Assembly: GCF_964194155.1 (NCBI RefSeq)
Contig: NC_135895.1
Location: 94,054,001-94,118,000 of the forward strand
Reading direction: 5' to 3'
Length of the DNA: 64,000 bases
Origin: Cetorhinus maximus
Taxonomy: Eukaryota
A program made the position numbers and the translations under genes. The notes under the pieces are model-generated. The model had not been told where the DNA came from. It worked only from the letters and a program-made list of their open reading frames with translations, and made no database searches. Numbering within the stretch: position 1 is the first letter of the stretch; each line of letters starts with the position of its first letter. Shown piece by piece: positions 26,992 to 39,112 of this stretch.

Positions 26992-27634
26992 TTCCCAAAA
27001 ATGTCTCCCTGCCTATGGCTCCTTGTTCTGATGAGCAGTGTTCTTGTACAGAAAGGTTTCACATCTGATTGACAAGATAAAGGCAGGTGTCTCAGTCCAG
27101 GGCCTCTTCCATGTTCCCTGTGCAACCTTCAGACCACAGTGATGGTCCAGCCTCACACTCCCTGGAAACATTACTGATGCCTGCACCTCGGCGGTGCTGG
27201 TCATTGCTGCCAGAATGTAGTGGGCAAGCGCCAGAGAGTTCTCTCATTCTCTCTGTGTGCTCTCAGCACCTTTAAGGAGGGGCTGGCCCCCATCTCTTCA
27301 GCATCTGTGACCAGTGACGCTGTGCTCTTGAAGGGCTCAGATGCTGAAAGTGAACAAAGGATCAGGTGCTTCTAAAGTTTCATGACTGCGTCTCTATGAT
27401 ATGACTCTATTCACAGAGCACAAGCCAGACAGGAGTCAGACACTCTCAGAAACTATGTGAAGGTCTATGGAGTGTCCTCACTGCATGTCATCATCATCCT
27501 CCTGTGATCAAGCGACTATTAGGGCCTCCACTGTATATCCATGACAGGAGCATTCTCAGAGGGTATTCACGCTGCCACAAGCCAGACTGGAGTCAAACGT
27601 TCATAGATGCGATGTGAGGATCTATGCGGTCACC

Positions 27635-28866
27635 TCACTGCATGTCATCATCATCCTCCACAACTCTAGCAGCTATGAGAGCCTCTCGAGCGCCCCTGCC
27701 TCATCTAGCCAGTGGGAGGGCCTCATCTCTGTCATCATCACCTCCAAAGACCTACTCAATCCCATCCCCGTCAACGTCCTCCTCATCAGAGGAGACGCGA
27801 AGCTCCTCCATCTCCTCCTCAGCCACCTCATCTCCACATTGCAACGGTTGTAAAGGACGCAGCAGACGACAAGGATGTGTGACACCCTCTGTGGACTGTG
27901 TTGCAGGGCTCAACCAGACTGGTCCAGGCACCGGAACTTCATCTGCAGCATCCCGATGGTCTGCTCCACTAAGTTGCAAGCTGCTGCATGAGCCTCATTA
28001 TAGCGCCGCTCTGCTGCACCCTGAGGCTGCCACACGGGTGTCTTCAGCCACGGCCTCTTTGGGTAGCCCTTGTCCCCGATGAGCCATCCCTGCTGCTTCA
28101 GTAGACCGTGGAGGACCCCAGGGATCTGCGACCGACTGAGAACTTAGGAGTTGTGCACACTCCCTGGAAACCATGCGCACACCTCAGGATGCGTTTCTGG
28201 TGGTCGCACACCAGCTGCACATTCAGTGAATGGAAACCCTTGCGGTTAATGAAGTCCACCGAGTGTTGAGATGGAGATCTGAGCGCCACATGAGTGCAGT
28301 CGATCGCACCCTGCACTGGTGGGAAACCCGACATCTGGGTGAATCCAATCGCTCTTGCATCCTGGCTGTCCTGGTCCCAGGCAAAATGTTCAATGTTGTG
28401 TGTCCTCAGAAAGGTGGCATCCGTGACCTCATGGATGCATTTGTGGGTGGAGGCTTGTGAGATCCCACAGAGGTCACCTGTGGAGCCCTGAAAGGAGACA
28501 CTGGTGTGGAAATTGAGCGCCGCAGTCACTTTCACAGCTACTGGCAGTGGATGCCCTCCATGTCCCCGTGGCACCAAATCCTGCAGTATCTGGCAGGTGT
28601 GACCGACCAGTTCCCTAGACATGCGCAGTCTTCAGCGACACTGGTTCTTGGTCATCTGCAGGAATGAAAGGCGGCGTCTGTAGACGTTTCGTTTGGTGCC
28701 GGCTCGCTGTGGCTCTTGGGCAGCGTGTGCGGGAGCTCCTGCTGCCCGTTCTTCCTGAGGTTGCTGCTCCTGCCTCTGCGCAACCAGGAGCCTCCGTCGC
28801 TCTCTCCTCCGTCATCTTCGCGCTCTGTAGGTCATCAGGCCATACAGCTAGTTCACCAGGCTCCAT
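27635..28866 (-). pseudogene. HARBI1-like DDE transposase (frameshifted)
   Basis: LPVAVKVTAALNF, GFPPVQGAIDCTHV, NRKGFHSLNVQLVCD, LIGDKGYP, VEQTIG, CCVLYN and an acidic tail ending VEDDDDMQ*; upstream 5'-UTR intron 29523-28882 (GTGAGT..CTGCAG). Confidence 0.9.
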
Positions 28867-30350
28867 GATCCTGATGTATTCCTGCAGGATGAGAGAGAGA
28901 GACACGTGGTTACCATGGGTGTACCAAGAACCTGTCCTGGTTAAGCGTGACGGCCCTTAATGCATCCCGGAGAGTGCTGGCCACCACTTGGAAGGCCAGA
29001 GATTAGTGTGCTGTATGGCTTCCCTGTTAGCTTGAACCATGGGGGACACTGGTCCAAACCGGGATGCTGAGATTGCAATGGGCTGTGAGCACCTCCAGCA
29101 GTGACTGCTACATGGCCAGTGTTGGCGAGGAGATTGTACAACACGTGCAGTCGTCCAGCTGTTCTTCAGTTCATTAAAACTCTCATGAATTTGCAGTATG
29201 CTGGGGTGGGGGGAGCGCTGGAGAACTTGGCGGCACTTTGATGCCTCTGTGTTGCTCGACTGGGCAGATAAGCTGGGAGCCTGACCTCAATCATATCAAT
29301 GTGGCTGCGCCTGAACTGTCTCAGTTGCAGAGGAATGGTCACTTTCTACAGGTTTCCCGAATGTGTGGCCACTTCTCTCGCCCACCCTACCCCCTCACCC
29401 TGAATGCTTGTGTGCTATATGCAACAACAAGGCTGCCCTTGCTTCCCCCCCACCCCACCCCCGCCGACGCCCCTGCAGCTTGGCAGCCCTGGCAAGCGCT
29501 GCACAACGTTACTGTGTACTCACCTCCGAGTTCCTCTCCAAGTTCAGGCCGCCAAGTGCATGTCTTTTATGTGCTATTGTGTAACACGTCGGCTTGCTTT
29601 CCCACCAACATGGACGAACGGTCCAGCGGGGTGCGGGGACGATTCCAGCCGGCTTGCTTGATAATGATATGCTGATGTATTACAATGAGGTTCCTGACGT
29701 CTGATGGCGGGAAACATGGCCCGCCTTTGGCAGGCCAAGTGGACGATCGGAAACTGGTTTCCCGAAGTCGTAAAGCTGATTACGTCATTTGTCTGCTCAC
29801 GCCATCGATCATGCCCAATGCCGGTGGGCATGGAAAATTCCGCCCATTGTATTTGACCTGGTTCTCATTTGAAGAATTCACCTGACATGCATCATATACC
29901 ATTTTTTGTTTCATCGTAATCCCTACCCACCTTGTCATCCAAAAAGGCCTGTTTTTGGATTCCCTACCTTTCACTCTTGTTGGAATGTACCTACCCTGAA
30001 GCATCTCCTTAAATGTTACCAGTTGTCCCAATACAGATTTTCTGTTCAATCTTTGGTTCCATTTTACCATGGCTAGATCCTTTCTCATCCCATTGAAATT
30101 AGCACTCTTCCAACTTAGACATTCTAATTTAGATTCAAAATATAATCAGAATATATTCTAAATATATTCTATTTGACAAAAGCCTTAAGATTAATACAGC
30201 ATTAGCACTGAAGGTATCCAACATATTCAACGAGGTGAAAATGTATTGTTAAATGTCAAATCACATTGGTGAAAGTCAGTGTTAGTTTAGCAGATGCAGC
30301 AATAGGCAGGATATTTTAAGATATAAAATTAGATCCTGCATAGCTATTAT

Positions 30351-30548
30351 GGAAACAACAACTTACGTTGATATAGTATCTTTAATGCAGAAAAACATCA
30401 AGATACTTAACAAAAGCACAATTCAACAAAAATAGGAACTGAGCCACGATATTAGGAGGGATGACTAAAAACTTGATCAAATAATTGGTTTTTAAGGAGG
30501 ATCTTAAAGGAGGAAATGAAAGTGGAGTAGCAAAGAGGTTTAGGGAGG
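30351..30548 (-). mobile_element. L2-like LINE 3' end fragment
   Basis: aacaacttacgttgatatagtatctttaa tail, similar to 33825-33975 and to the SacSINE tail. Confidence 0.45.
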
Positions 30549-31804
30549 TAATTTCTTTGAGGAAGTGACAAGAAGGGTTGATGAAGGTAGTGCAGTGGAT
30601 GTTGTGTACATGGATTTTAACAAGGCATTTGACAAGGTCCCGCATGGCAGATTAGTCAGGAAAGTAAAAGCCCATGGGATTCAGGGTAATGTGGCAAACT
30701 GGATAAAAGGTTGGATTTGTAACAGGAAACAAAGGGTAATGGTCGATGGGTGCCCTTGCGAATGGAAAGTTGTCTCAAGTGGTGTTCCACAGGGCTCGGT
30801 GTTGGGACCCTTGCTGTTTGTGTTATATATTAATGATTTGGACGTGAACGTGGGGGGCACGATTGGGAAATTTGCAGATGACACAAATATTGGCCGAGCA
30901 GTGGATAGTGTAGAGGATAGCCATAACCTCCAGAACGATATAGATGGATTGGTGGAGTGGGCGGTAAAGTGGCAGATGGATTTTAACATAGAAAAGTGTG
31001 AGGTCATACATTTAGGGAGGTCAAACAGTTACAGGGATTACAAAATAAATGGGAATATACTAAGAGGGGTAGATGAAGTGAGAGATCTTGGCGTACAAGT
31101 ACACAGGTCCCTGAAGGCAGCAGTTCAAGTACACAAGGCTATAAAGAAGGCATATGGATTGCTCTCCTTCACTGGCAGAGGTATAGAATATAAAAGTAAG
31201 GATATAATGTTGGAATTGTATAAAACACTGGTGAGGCCACAACTGGAGTATTGTGTGCAGTTCTGGTCACCACATTACAGGATGGATGTAATAGCTCTGG
31301 AGAGAGTACAGAGGAGGTTTACAAGAATGTTGCCAGGGTTAGAAAAGTGTAGCTACGAGGAGAGATTGGATAGGTTGGGGTTATTTTCCTTAGAGCAAAG
31401 AAGGCTGAGAGGTGACTTGATTGAGGTGTACAAAATTATGAGGGGAATAGATAGAGTGGACAGGATAAAATCGTTTCCCTTGGTGGAGAATTCTAGAACC
31501 AGGGGACATAGATTCAAGATAAGTGGCAGGAGCTGTAGGGGGGACATGAGGAAGAACTTTTTTACGCAGAGGGTAGTGGGTGTCTGGAATTCGCTGCCCA
31601 AGTTGGTGGTGGAGGCAGAAACTCTAAACTCTTTTAAAAACTACCTGGATCTGCACCTAAAGTGCTGTAAGCTGCAGGGCTATGGGCCGGGTGCAGGAAG
31701 GTGGGATTAGAAAGGGCACCTGGATATCCTCGGGCTGGCATGGACAAGATGGGCCGAATGGCCTCCTTCTGTGCTGTAACTTTTCTATGGTTCTATGGTT
31801 CTAA
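30549..31804 (+). mobile_element. Young 5'-truncated CR1 LINE
   Basis: Uninterrupted RT C-terminal frame, CR1 3' UTR (gggccgaatggcctccttctgtgctgtaa) and (TTCTATGG)n tail. Confidence 0.95.
30565..31710 (+). CDS. CR1 ORF2 C-terminal portion (reverse transcriptase), 381 codons open
   Basis: [48 protein letters not shown]; 5'-truncated so unlikely to be expressed as such. Confidence 0.85.
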   Translation: MTRRVDEGSAVDVVYMDFNKAFDKVPHGRLVRKVKAHGIQGNVANWIKGWICNRKQRVMVDGCPCEWKVVSSGVPQGSVLGPLLFVLYINDLDVNVGGTIGKFADDTNIGRAVDSVEDSHNLQNDIDGLVEWAVKWQMDFNIEKCEVIHLGRSNSYRDYKINGNILRGVDEVRDLGVQVHRSLKAAVQVHKAIKKAYGLLSFTGRGIEYKSKDIMLELYKTLVRPQLEYCVQFWSPHYRMDVIALERVQRRFTRMLPGLEKCSYEERLDRLGLFSLEQRRLRGDLIEVYKIMRGIDRVDRIKSFPLVENSRTRGHRFKISGRSCRGDMRKNFFTQRVVGVWNSLPKLVVEAETLNSFKNYLDLHLKCCKLQGYGPGAGRWD

Positions 31805-32862
31805 AAAGTACTAAATGTTACAATACTCCAATGAATGCTAGAAGAAATGAATATTGCCAAACAGTCTTAGCGTTACATTTAGGTCGATGCGAAAAGTTTT
31901 TTACTATTTGAAAACAGCCAGCCTATAATTTAATTTCCACAAGTAAAAGCTGAGTCAGTCCTACATGAAACGAGTTACCACTCTGAAGGCTGTGCCACTA
32001 AAATTGCCAGGATACATTTGAAACGACCAAGATATTGAGAAGTAAAGAATGCAATTTCGAAATCCACAGACGGAGATAAGAAATTGGTGATGTGCAACAT
32101 TAACGGCTGCCACTGAAGCATCGATGGACTGCAGGGTAAGTGGGTACTGTCATGGGACAATGGAAAGCTTGACTGGTTGAGAATGAATGAGGGTGATATT
32201 GGCCATGGGTGAGGGTGCAATCCTGGCAGTTTTGCATCATTCACCGTTATACAACCCTCCCTTCCGTGATATTCAGTTTCCTGAAAATCAAATGTGTTCT
32301 ATCACAATCGGCAAAAGCGACTGTGCTCGTCTTGTGCCCCCATCCAAGTCCAATTCCAACCGCAGCTTGTTTCGAGTCATTGCGGTTGTATTTTTGCATA
32401 ACTACATTGTGATTACCGAATAGTTCAAAAAGAGAAGAATATGGATTTAGCGCCTAATAGATCTGCTCAGTGCGACAGGGGAGGTCAAATATTCTGAGAA
32501 AAGAAGTGAATCACTGAACTTTGTGATCCACAACAGAGCTGAACCGACAGAAATTAGTCCCCAATAGACAAGAAGCCAAGTTATTTCAAAATGTGCTTTT
32601 AAGCAGCTCTAATAAAAACTGACAGTACCTTACAGCAAAAAAAAACAGACTTATCGAAAGAATCTTTGCTAAGGCCTTTGTTGCCTAAGCATCCAAATAA
32701 TTCCGTTTATGTTGGACTTTTCTTCCCTTTTGTGGTTGGGAATAAACATCCAACATTGGAATTCTGGTGTGGTTTCTTTCCCTGGGTGCTGAGCTCTGGC
32801 TGAATTTGCTAGTCACTCTCTTGCTAAGAGCTTACAGCTGCCAAAACACCAGAAGAAAATAT

Positions 32863-32931
32863 ATACATGGCCCCATTTAAACTCTGTATCCGTTAATAGG
32901 CTTTACAGAGTTAAAATGGGACCCTATGTAT
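32863..32931. repeat. Isolated ~26-bp-arm inverted repeat (mini-MITE-like)
   Basis: atacatggccccatttaaactctgta ... tacagagttaaaatgggaccctatgtat. Confidence 0.7.
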
Positions 32932-33094
32932 TTGATTCCTTAAAGCAGCATCGTGTATGGGGGTGTAGGTGGAGGCCAGGTAGAGTAGCCAATGTATAAA
33001 CAGATGTACAATGGACTCAGCCTCAGAGAAGTTAAGCAAACATTAGTTTTAAAGTGGTAAACAGTGAACAAAATTTAAATTAACAACTCGTTTT

Positions 33095-33460
33095 TGTATT
33101 CCTTCAAGGGATTTGAGCATCACTGGCTAAGCCAGTATTTACAGACCCTTCCAAACTGCCCTTAAGAAGATGGTGGCGAGCTGCCTTCTTGATGAAGGTA
33201 CACCCTCAATGCTGTTAGGGAGGATGTTCCAGGATTTTGACCCAACAACAGTGAAGGAACGGTGATATATTTTCGAGTCAGGATGGTGCGTGACTTGGAG
33301 GGTAAGTTGGAGACGGCGGTGTTCCCATAGGCCTGCTGCTCTTGTCCTTCCAGGGTTGTGAGCTCACAGGTTTAAGAGGTGCTGTCAAAGGAGCCTTGGC
33401 AAGTTGCTGCAATGCATTTTGTAAATGGTACACATTGCTGCCACGGTGCACTGGTGACTT
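33095..33460 (-). mobile_element. LINE 3' end sharing its tail with SINE family B
   Basis: gcatcactggctaagccagtattta..aactgccctt then gaagatggtggcgagctgccttctt; minus-strand ORF remnant HLQNALQQLAKAP. Confidence 0.6.
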
Positions 33461-33534
33461 TGACATGGTATTTTGTTCACATCATCTAAAAATATGTTTT
33501 TATAGGAATTTAGTACAGTTCAGTGCAGCAGAAA

Positions 33535-33815
33535 GAACTAACTTATACAGCAAGTTTCACAAAATCTTGAAAGAATTTCATAGCCAATTAAATACTTTTG
33601 AAGTAAAGTCACTGCTGTAATGTAGAAAAACTCAGCAGACAATTTGCACATAGCAAGTTCCCACAAATAGAAATAAATTAAATGATCAACTAATCTGTTT
33701 TGGTGATTTTACATCAGGGATAGATGTTAGTGCAGTCACCAAGAGAACTCTTCTATTCTTGGGGCCTTGGTATAACATCTCATCAGAAAGATAGACCCTC
33801 TGCTAATGCAGCACC
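33535..33815 (-). mobile_element. SacSINE1/DeuSINE-like fragment
   Basis: agccaattaaatacttttgaagt..gtcactg.tgtaatgtag..aatttgcaca.agcaag.tcccacaaa. Confidence 0.6.
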
Positions 33816-34030
33816 CAACAGCAATAACAGCTTGTTTTTATATAGCACATTTAACATAGTACTCCTGTGAAACACTGTTGGACATTTGGCTATCAGGCAA
33901 AAAGATACAGATGCAAAGGCAGAGAAATTAGGGCAGACAAGAGGTAGATTTTAGGAGCATCTTAAATGAGGAGCCCTATTGTGTATTGTCTGCTTAACCA
34001 ATTGATTTTAAGGATGGAGAAGGAAACAAA

Positions 34031-34729
34031 GGGGAGAATTTTCTCCCCATTGGGCAGGCCGGTTGGGAGCAGGCGCAGAGCCGATCACCGTTTACAATCG
34101 GCTGCACGCCGCCATTTTACGTGGGCGGGCCAATGAAGGCCTGCCCAGCGTGACGCGCACCCAGAAGCGCTCAGCACTACCTGTGCGGGCAGAGGGAGGA
34201 CGGAGAGTCCGTGCGTCATTTTATGTGTCGGCATGCACACGAAAGAGCGCAGAAATCTCCCTGAAGCACGGAACTGCCTCAGGGAGATGAATGTCATCAT
34301 GAAAAATGGAATAAAAGAATAAAAAAATGATTCAGACATGTCCCCTCATGTGCCAGTGTCACATGAGCTGGGACAAGTTTATGAATTTCAATAAAAATTT
34401 TTATTTAAGCTATGAACTCTTCATGAAACCTCATCCCGCCCGTGGATCAGGTTCCATGAAAAATGCGAAGGCTGCCTGGGCTCTTCGCCTGCCTGCCAAC
34501 CTTAAGGTTGTATGGGCAGCCCAGACAACTACTTTAATTGGATCATTAACGGCCTTAATAGGCCTTTGACAGTTCGGCGTGCGTGCAGCCGACTCCGGTG
34601 TGCGTCCGACGAACAGAAGATCAGAATGACACGCGGTGATGTCGGGACACACGCCCAACATCACCACGCGTCATTTTAAGTGTCGGTGTGCGGGGCCCGC
34701 CCCCACTTGCCGAGCAGAAGATTCTGGCC
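34031..34729 (+). mobile_element. Harbinger-type MITE family A
   Basis: TIRs ggggagaatttt / aagattctggcc; 3-bp TSD AAA; colinear with 15369. Confidence 0.8.
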
Positions 34730-35162
34730 AAAGTGAATGACAGAAAAGGGAATAGGCTTTAATAGTTTTTAAGAATAGGAAGAATTCTTATTCTATTCTT
34801 AACTCTTAATTCTATTTTAAGAATAGAAAGAAAAATAAAAAGAGGATAGAGGTTAGATTTCAAAGAGAGAAAAGGAGACAGAAAGGAAAAGTAAGAAAAA
34901 AGTTTAAAAGCATAACATTTATCATTTATAAGACCCCTTAGGAACATTTCTTTCACCTTCAGGAAAAAGATTCCACAGTTTCGATCCTTACCTTTCTGAG
35001 CCAGAGAAGTTAAGTTTCATGGCAGGAAAACAGGTCATGTTTTTAACATGGCCCTTAGAACACGAGAAAGCATTACCTGATTATCTGTGGTGAGGTTCAT
35101 TTGTATTTACAGCCTAAATACAGCAATTTCTTGAAACTCATGGTGGAGTTAAAGGTGCGCTT

Positions 35163-35862
35163 GGCCCAGATTTTAAAGTGGTAACAACAGCGCAACTGTC
35201 AGAGTTTGACATATTTACTGAAATTCACAGCACTTTTTTGGAGTCTGCACATGCACAGAATAATACAGAGATCCAGAAGTTATTGTCAGTGATTCAACAC
35301 TTCTCTGCCAAGGTCCCTCCAGACTGCTATCAAATTATGAATTGACCAGAACTTCCATCCTTTTTATGCTATTTGTCTCATTATAAAAAACCCTTGAAAA
35401 CCTTGTTGAATGAGGTGTAACTTAGCTTTAAATGGCATACTAATGTCACAATTACTGCTAAACACTCTTGTCTGAAATACTAATTTTATATTTGTGCAAT
35501 ATCAAATTTAATACAATAAAAAACTCCACATTTTCAATTTTTTGCTAATCTTTAATGTAGCTTCTAAGCATAATAGTTTATTTTGCTATCTGAAATATTA
35601 AATTAAAAATAAAGACATTCAATGCTTTTAACTTCCTGGTTTGCTGCCTGTAGGAATACTTCAGTGTAATTGGTTGCTTATCCTGCTTGCTGACATCACT
35701 GCTGCTGCATGCCTGGATATCCCCTTGACTTGGCATCAGGTTTGAACTGCAATGAGGATAGGGGAAATCCATGCCACAGAAATTGCTAGATCATAGTGGG
35801 CAGCTTCCTTCGAGATCAGCAGCAAGCATCTCTGCGTCACTGCTGACCACAAATTTCAGGCC
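35163..35862. mobile_element. Harbinger-type MITE (~700 bp)
   Basis: TIR-like ggcccagatttt..gtggtaacaacagcgca / tgcgtcactgctgaccacaaatttcaggcc. Confidence 0.5.
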
Positions 35863-37934
35863 CCTATTTTTGCAAAGTTAATAGTGGAGCAGCACAAATT
35901 TTGTGGCAATTCACAACTAATGGGGCATTTCTTCCTCACCACAAATTGCTGGGCTGGGCTTTTTATGCATCATTAATGGAAGATGACGTGAGCTAATATT
36001 TGGTACAATTTCTCGTGCTGCTTGCCCCTAAAGAAATGAATGGGAAATCATTCACTAAATTTATTTAGTATTTAATATTTTTTTAAAAATTAAGTCACAG
36101 TCTCTGATCCTGAGTATTCAGTCACAGACATACTTTGTTTGTTCTAATTTAGTTTAGAATGTGCTCTCATAGGTCAACTCAGCAAGGAACAGCAGTCAAC
36201 TTTTTCCCCTTCATTTCACCAAATGTGGTCCAGCAGCGACCAAATGAGAAACTAGTGGCCAAGTTATAATGCCTCAACTAAACTACATCTCAGTGTACTT
36301 GCTCATATTGACCGGGTCCATCTCTTGTGGCACTGCAGTGCTCTAATAAAACTGCTATACACGTGTGCGAGGAAAATACCTGCAGTTGAATTATTTTACT
36401 GCTCATTGGGGCTCATTTTCCTATTTTGTGAAGGATTGTAGAATTTAACTGAAGAAAGTCAAAGTGGCAAGGTTGTGCAATTTTACTGCTGGAAGATTTT
36501 TTTTTGCATCCTGACTTCCATAGAAGGAAAGAAACGAAAAGGCAGCCGATCATGACACACCTTTAGTAATGTATCTGTCACACATCTCATGTTGTTCTTC
36601 TGTCTGCGGTGTGTGTTGTAAAGAATGATTCACTGAAAAACCTGTTTCGCTGATCAAGACCTGGAGTTTTTGATGGACAGCATTTTGCAAAAAGGATGAT
36701 GAAAAATGAACTTTCAGAAGTGAGGGGGCCCTAGGACATTTGGTACAAGGATCAAAGGAATACATTACTGGCCAGGTCAGCTTGGAGCTGACTATTATAA
36801 CTACCTGGGAGGAGGAGGTATATTTTCATCACATGAAAAATAATAATATGGAGATAAAGGGGATAGCCACCTTACTTATTTACTTCTAATTTTCTTGAAA
36901 AAATTATTGATGTGCAACTGAATATATAGCTGATAATTTTCCACAGCAATTCTTTTACCAACTTTTAATGCCCATTGTATTTGAATTTGAGGTTTCCTTC
37001 TGCAGGGTGAGCATTCAAGAAGGAATTAGCAGTAGCTTCAGAATGGGTAACAATGTAGTGGTGCTGGTATGGGGACAGTGACCCCAAGAAATACAGCACA
37101 GGTACAGATGTATCTTCTATAAACTGCATCAGTATTGGCGTACGTCTGCCGGATGCAGATAAAACCTAATCGGTTCAATAGGGTTGTACAAAATCAGTAA
37201 CATTGATGTTATAATTCCAGTGTCAACATAGGGAACATCTGACATTATTTTAAGATCAGTTTTGATTACCATATTGCAACGTGTGGCATACTGTAAAACC
37301 AAAGATTCATAATTCTGGTAGTGATCTGTAGTGTGGTGTAAAAATCAGACACCATGGACAACTCTTGAAAAGCAAAAATGGGGATTACATAGCTGCCAGA
37401 CATGCCATTTACATTTGACATTTACTATTCTGTTGTAGGTTTGTCGTGACTGCGAGGATGAATCAGTGGTTTCCGCCCCAGACTAAAAAAATTGGAATGT
37501 TGGAGATGATATCCTGCAGGTACAATGAAAATCTTCCTTCTTTATCTCTTGTGCTCCCCAAGCTTCTTGGGGAGGGTAATAGGATTGGTTACGTTCCTTT
37601 AATAGGGCATTAGAGCCTCCTTAAGGCCATCAGAGAATTCACGTCAGCCCTCACCCATATGAAGATGGAATTTCCCTGAATAGCCTGAGAATAGTCAATT
37701 CTAGCCCTAGGTAAGAGGGAATGTGCAGCACATGACTCCCTACTGCAACTTAAAGGGCAACTTTAGTATGACAGAGTCTAACAGAATGGTTTTCATCCTA
37801 AATTTCCACCCCAAGCAAAAGTCTCCTTTTCCCTAAACCAAAGGAATTTGGGGTCTTACTGTAGAATGTGCTTCAGCAAAAGTCACTAGTTCAATTAAGA
37901 AACTGTTTTAATTGCATTATTAAACTCGGGTTCA

Positions 37935-38478
37935 GCCTTAATAGGAATATTGTGTCCAATCCTGGGATGTGAAAAGGCTTTAGAGTAGGTGTAGAAAAGA
38001 TTTACAAAAGTGGTTCTAGGGATGAAGGACTTCTGTTACTTGGATAGATTGGAGAAGCTGAGGTTATTCTCCTTAGAGGAGATTTGATAGGGATGTTCAA
38101 AATCATGAAGGGTCCACATAGAGTGGACAGGGAGAAACTGTCCCCATTGGCAGAAGGGTTGAAGAACCAGAAGGCACAGATTTAAAGCGACTAGCAAAAG
38201 AACCAAGGGCAACATGAGGAAAAGCTTTATTTTAGGCAATGAGTGGTTGGGATGGGGAATGCACTACCTGAGAGGGAGGTGGAAGCAGATTCAATGACTG
38301 TTTTCAAAAGGGAATTGCATAAGCACCCAAAAAGGAAAAGGAAATTTCATGGCTATTGGGGAAGGAGGGGGTGAGGACAGTAGGGTGCATGGGACGAGCA
38401 AAATTGCCCTTGCAGAGTGTCAGCATAGACTCCACAGACTGAATGGCTCCTTCTGTGCTGTAACCATTCTATGATTTC
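37935..38478 (+). mobile_element. CR1 3' fragment
   Basis: Degenerate RT C-terminus (agattggagaagctgaggttattctccttagag) and tail ctgtgctgtaaccattctatgatt. Confidence 0.8.
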
Positions 38479-39112
38479 CCAGGATTTGAATGTGATTACC
38501 ACATCTTTCTTTTATACAATAATTTTAATGATAAAGTGGAAGTAAGTAGGTGGCAGTGTTGATAGGGACCACACACAGATTATTAATCTATGTTTAGCCC
38601 AAATCTGCGGACTTATATTCCTCAAGAAATGGATTAATGAGCCCAAGTAAAAATTTCAAGAGCGCCACCCGTTGCTTGTTGAAGCCGAGAAATGAGTCAT
38701 CTCCCACAATAAGCAATTCAAAATGTCTTTACTCTGTTTATTTGGCTCCTCAACTTGAGCTGGCACTCTGACGATCTGCTTTAAGATTCTACAAAAACAA
38801 GAATCACCTTTAGAACTTAACGGTACAGCTTGTAGCAAAAATCCAGGGAGTAGAGCTTAGTACACAAGAGCAACATACTTGCAGCAAAAACCTCTCATTG
38901 GCAATAAAATCTTTGCCAGTCCTAAAAACCAAAGTCCTTGATGATCACATAAGCACTAGGTTATTTATGCATTCAGCTCTTACAAAATGACAATCATCTG
39001 GCAATTTATTCTTTAAGTGATGCTGTCCTGATAAAGCGCAGATGCAGTTCTCTGGCCAAGCAGCGGCTAGATTTTGATTGATCTCTTCCGTAATCAGTTA
39101 AAAATACACACG

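Larger units (their letters stand above)
24964..29845. mobile_element. Full-length (degenerate) autonomous-type Harbinger transposon, 4.9 kb
   Basis: TIRs gggtggaatcatcc / ggaaaattccgccc; 3-bp TSD ATT (24961-63 and 29846-48); convergent Myb/SANT and DDE transposase genes. Confidence 0.9.
23150..30130 (-). mobile_element. Old CR1 LINE (ORF2 region) split by the Harbinger insertion
   Basis: KISKFADETK and KLPGPDGLHPRLLNEV remnants; the reading frame CQVNSSNENQVKYN|KLHGELERK rejoins across the ATT TSD. Confidence 0.8.

Noticed and set aside
27635-28866. Host HARBI1 gene call
   Set aside because: It is frameshifted and enclosed by TIRs and a TSD with a Myb partner gene, so it is a transposon copy.
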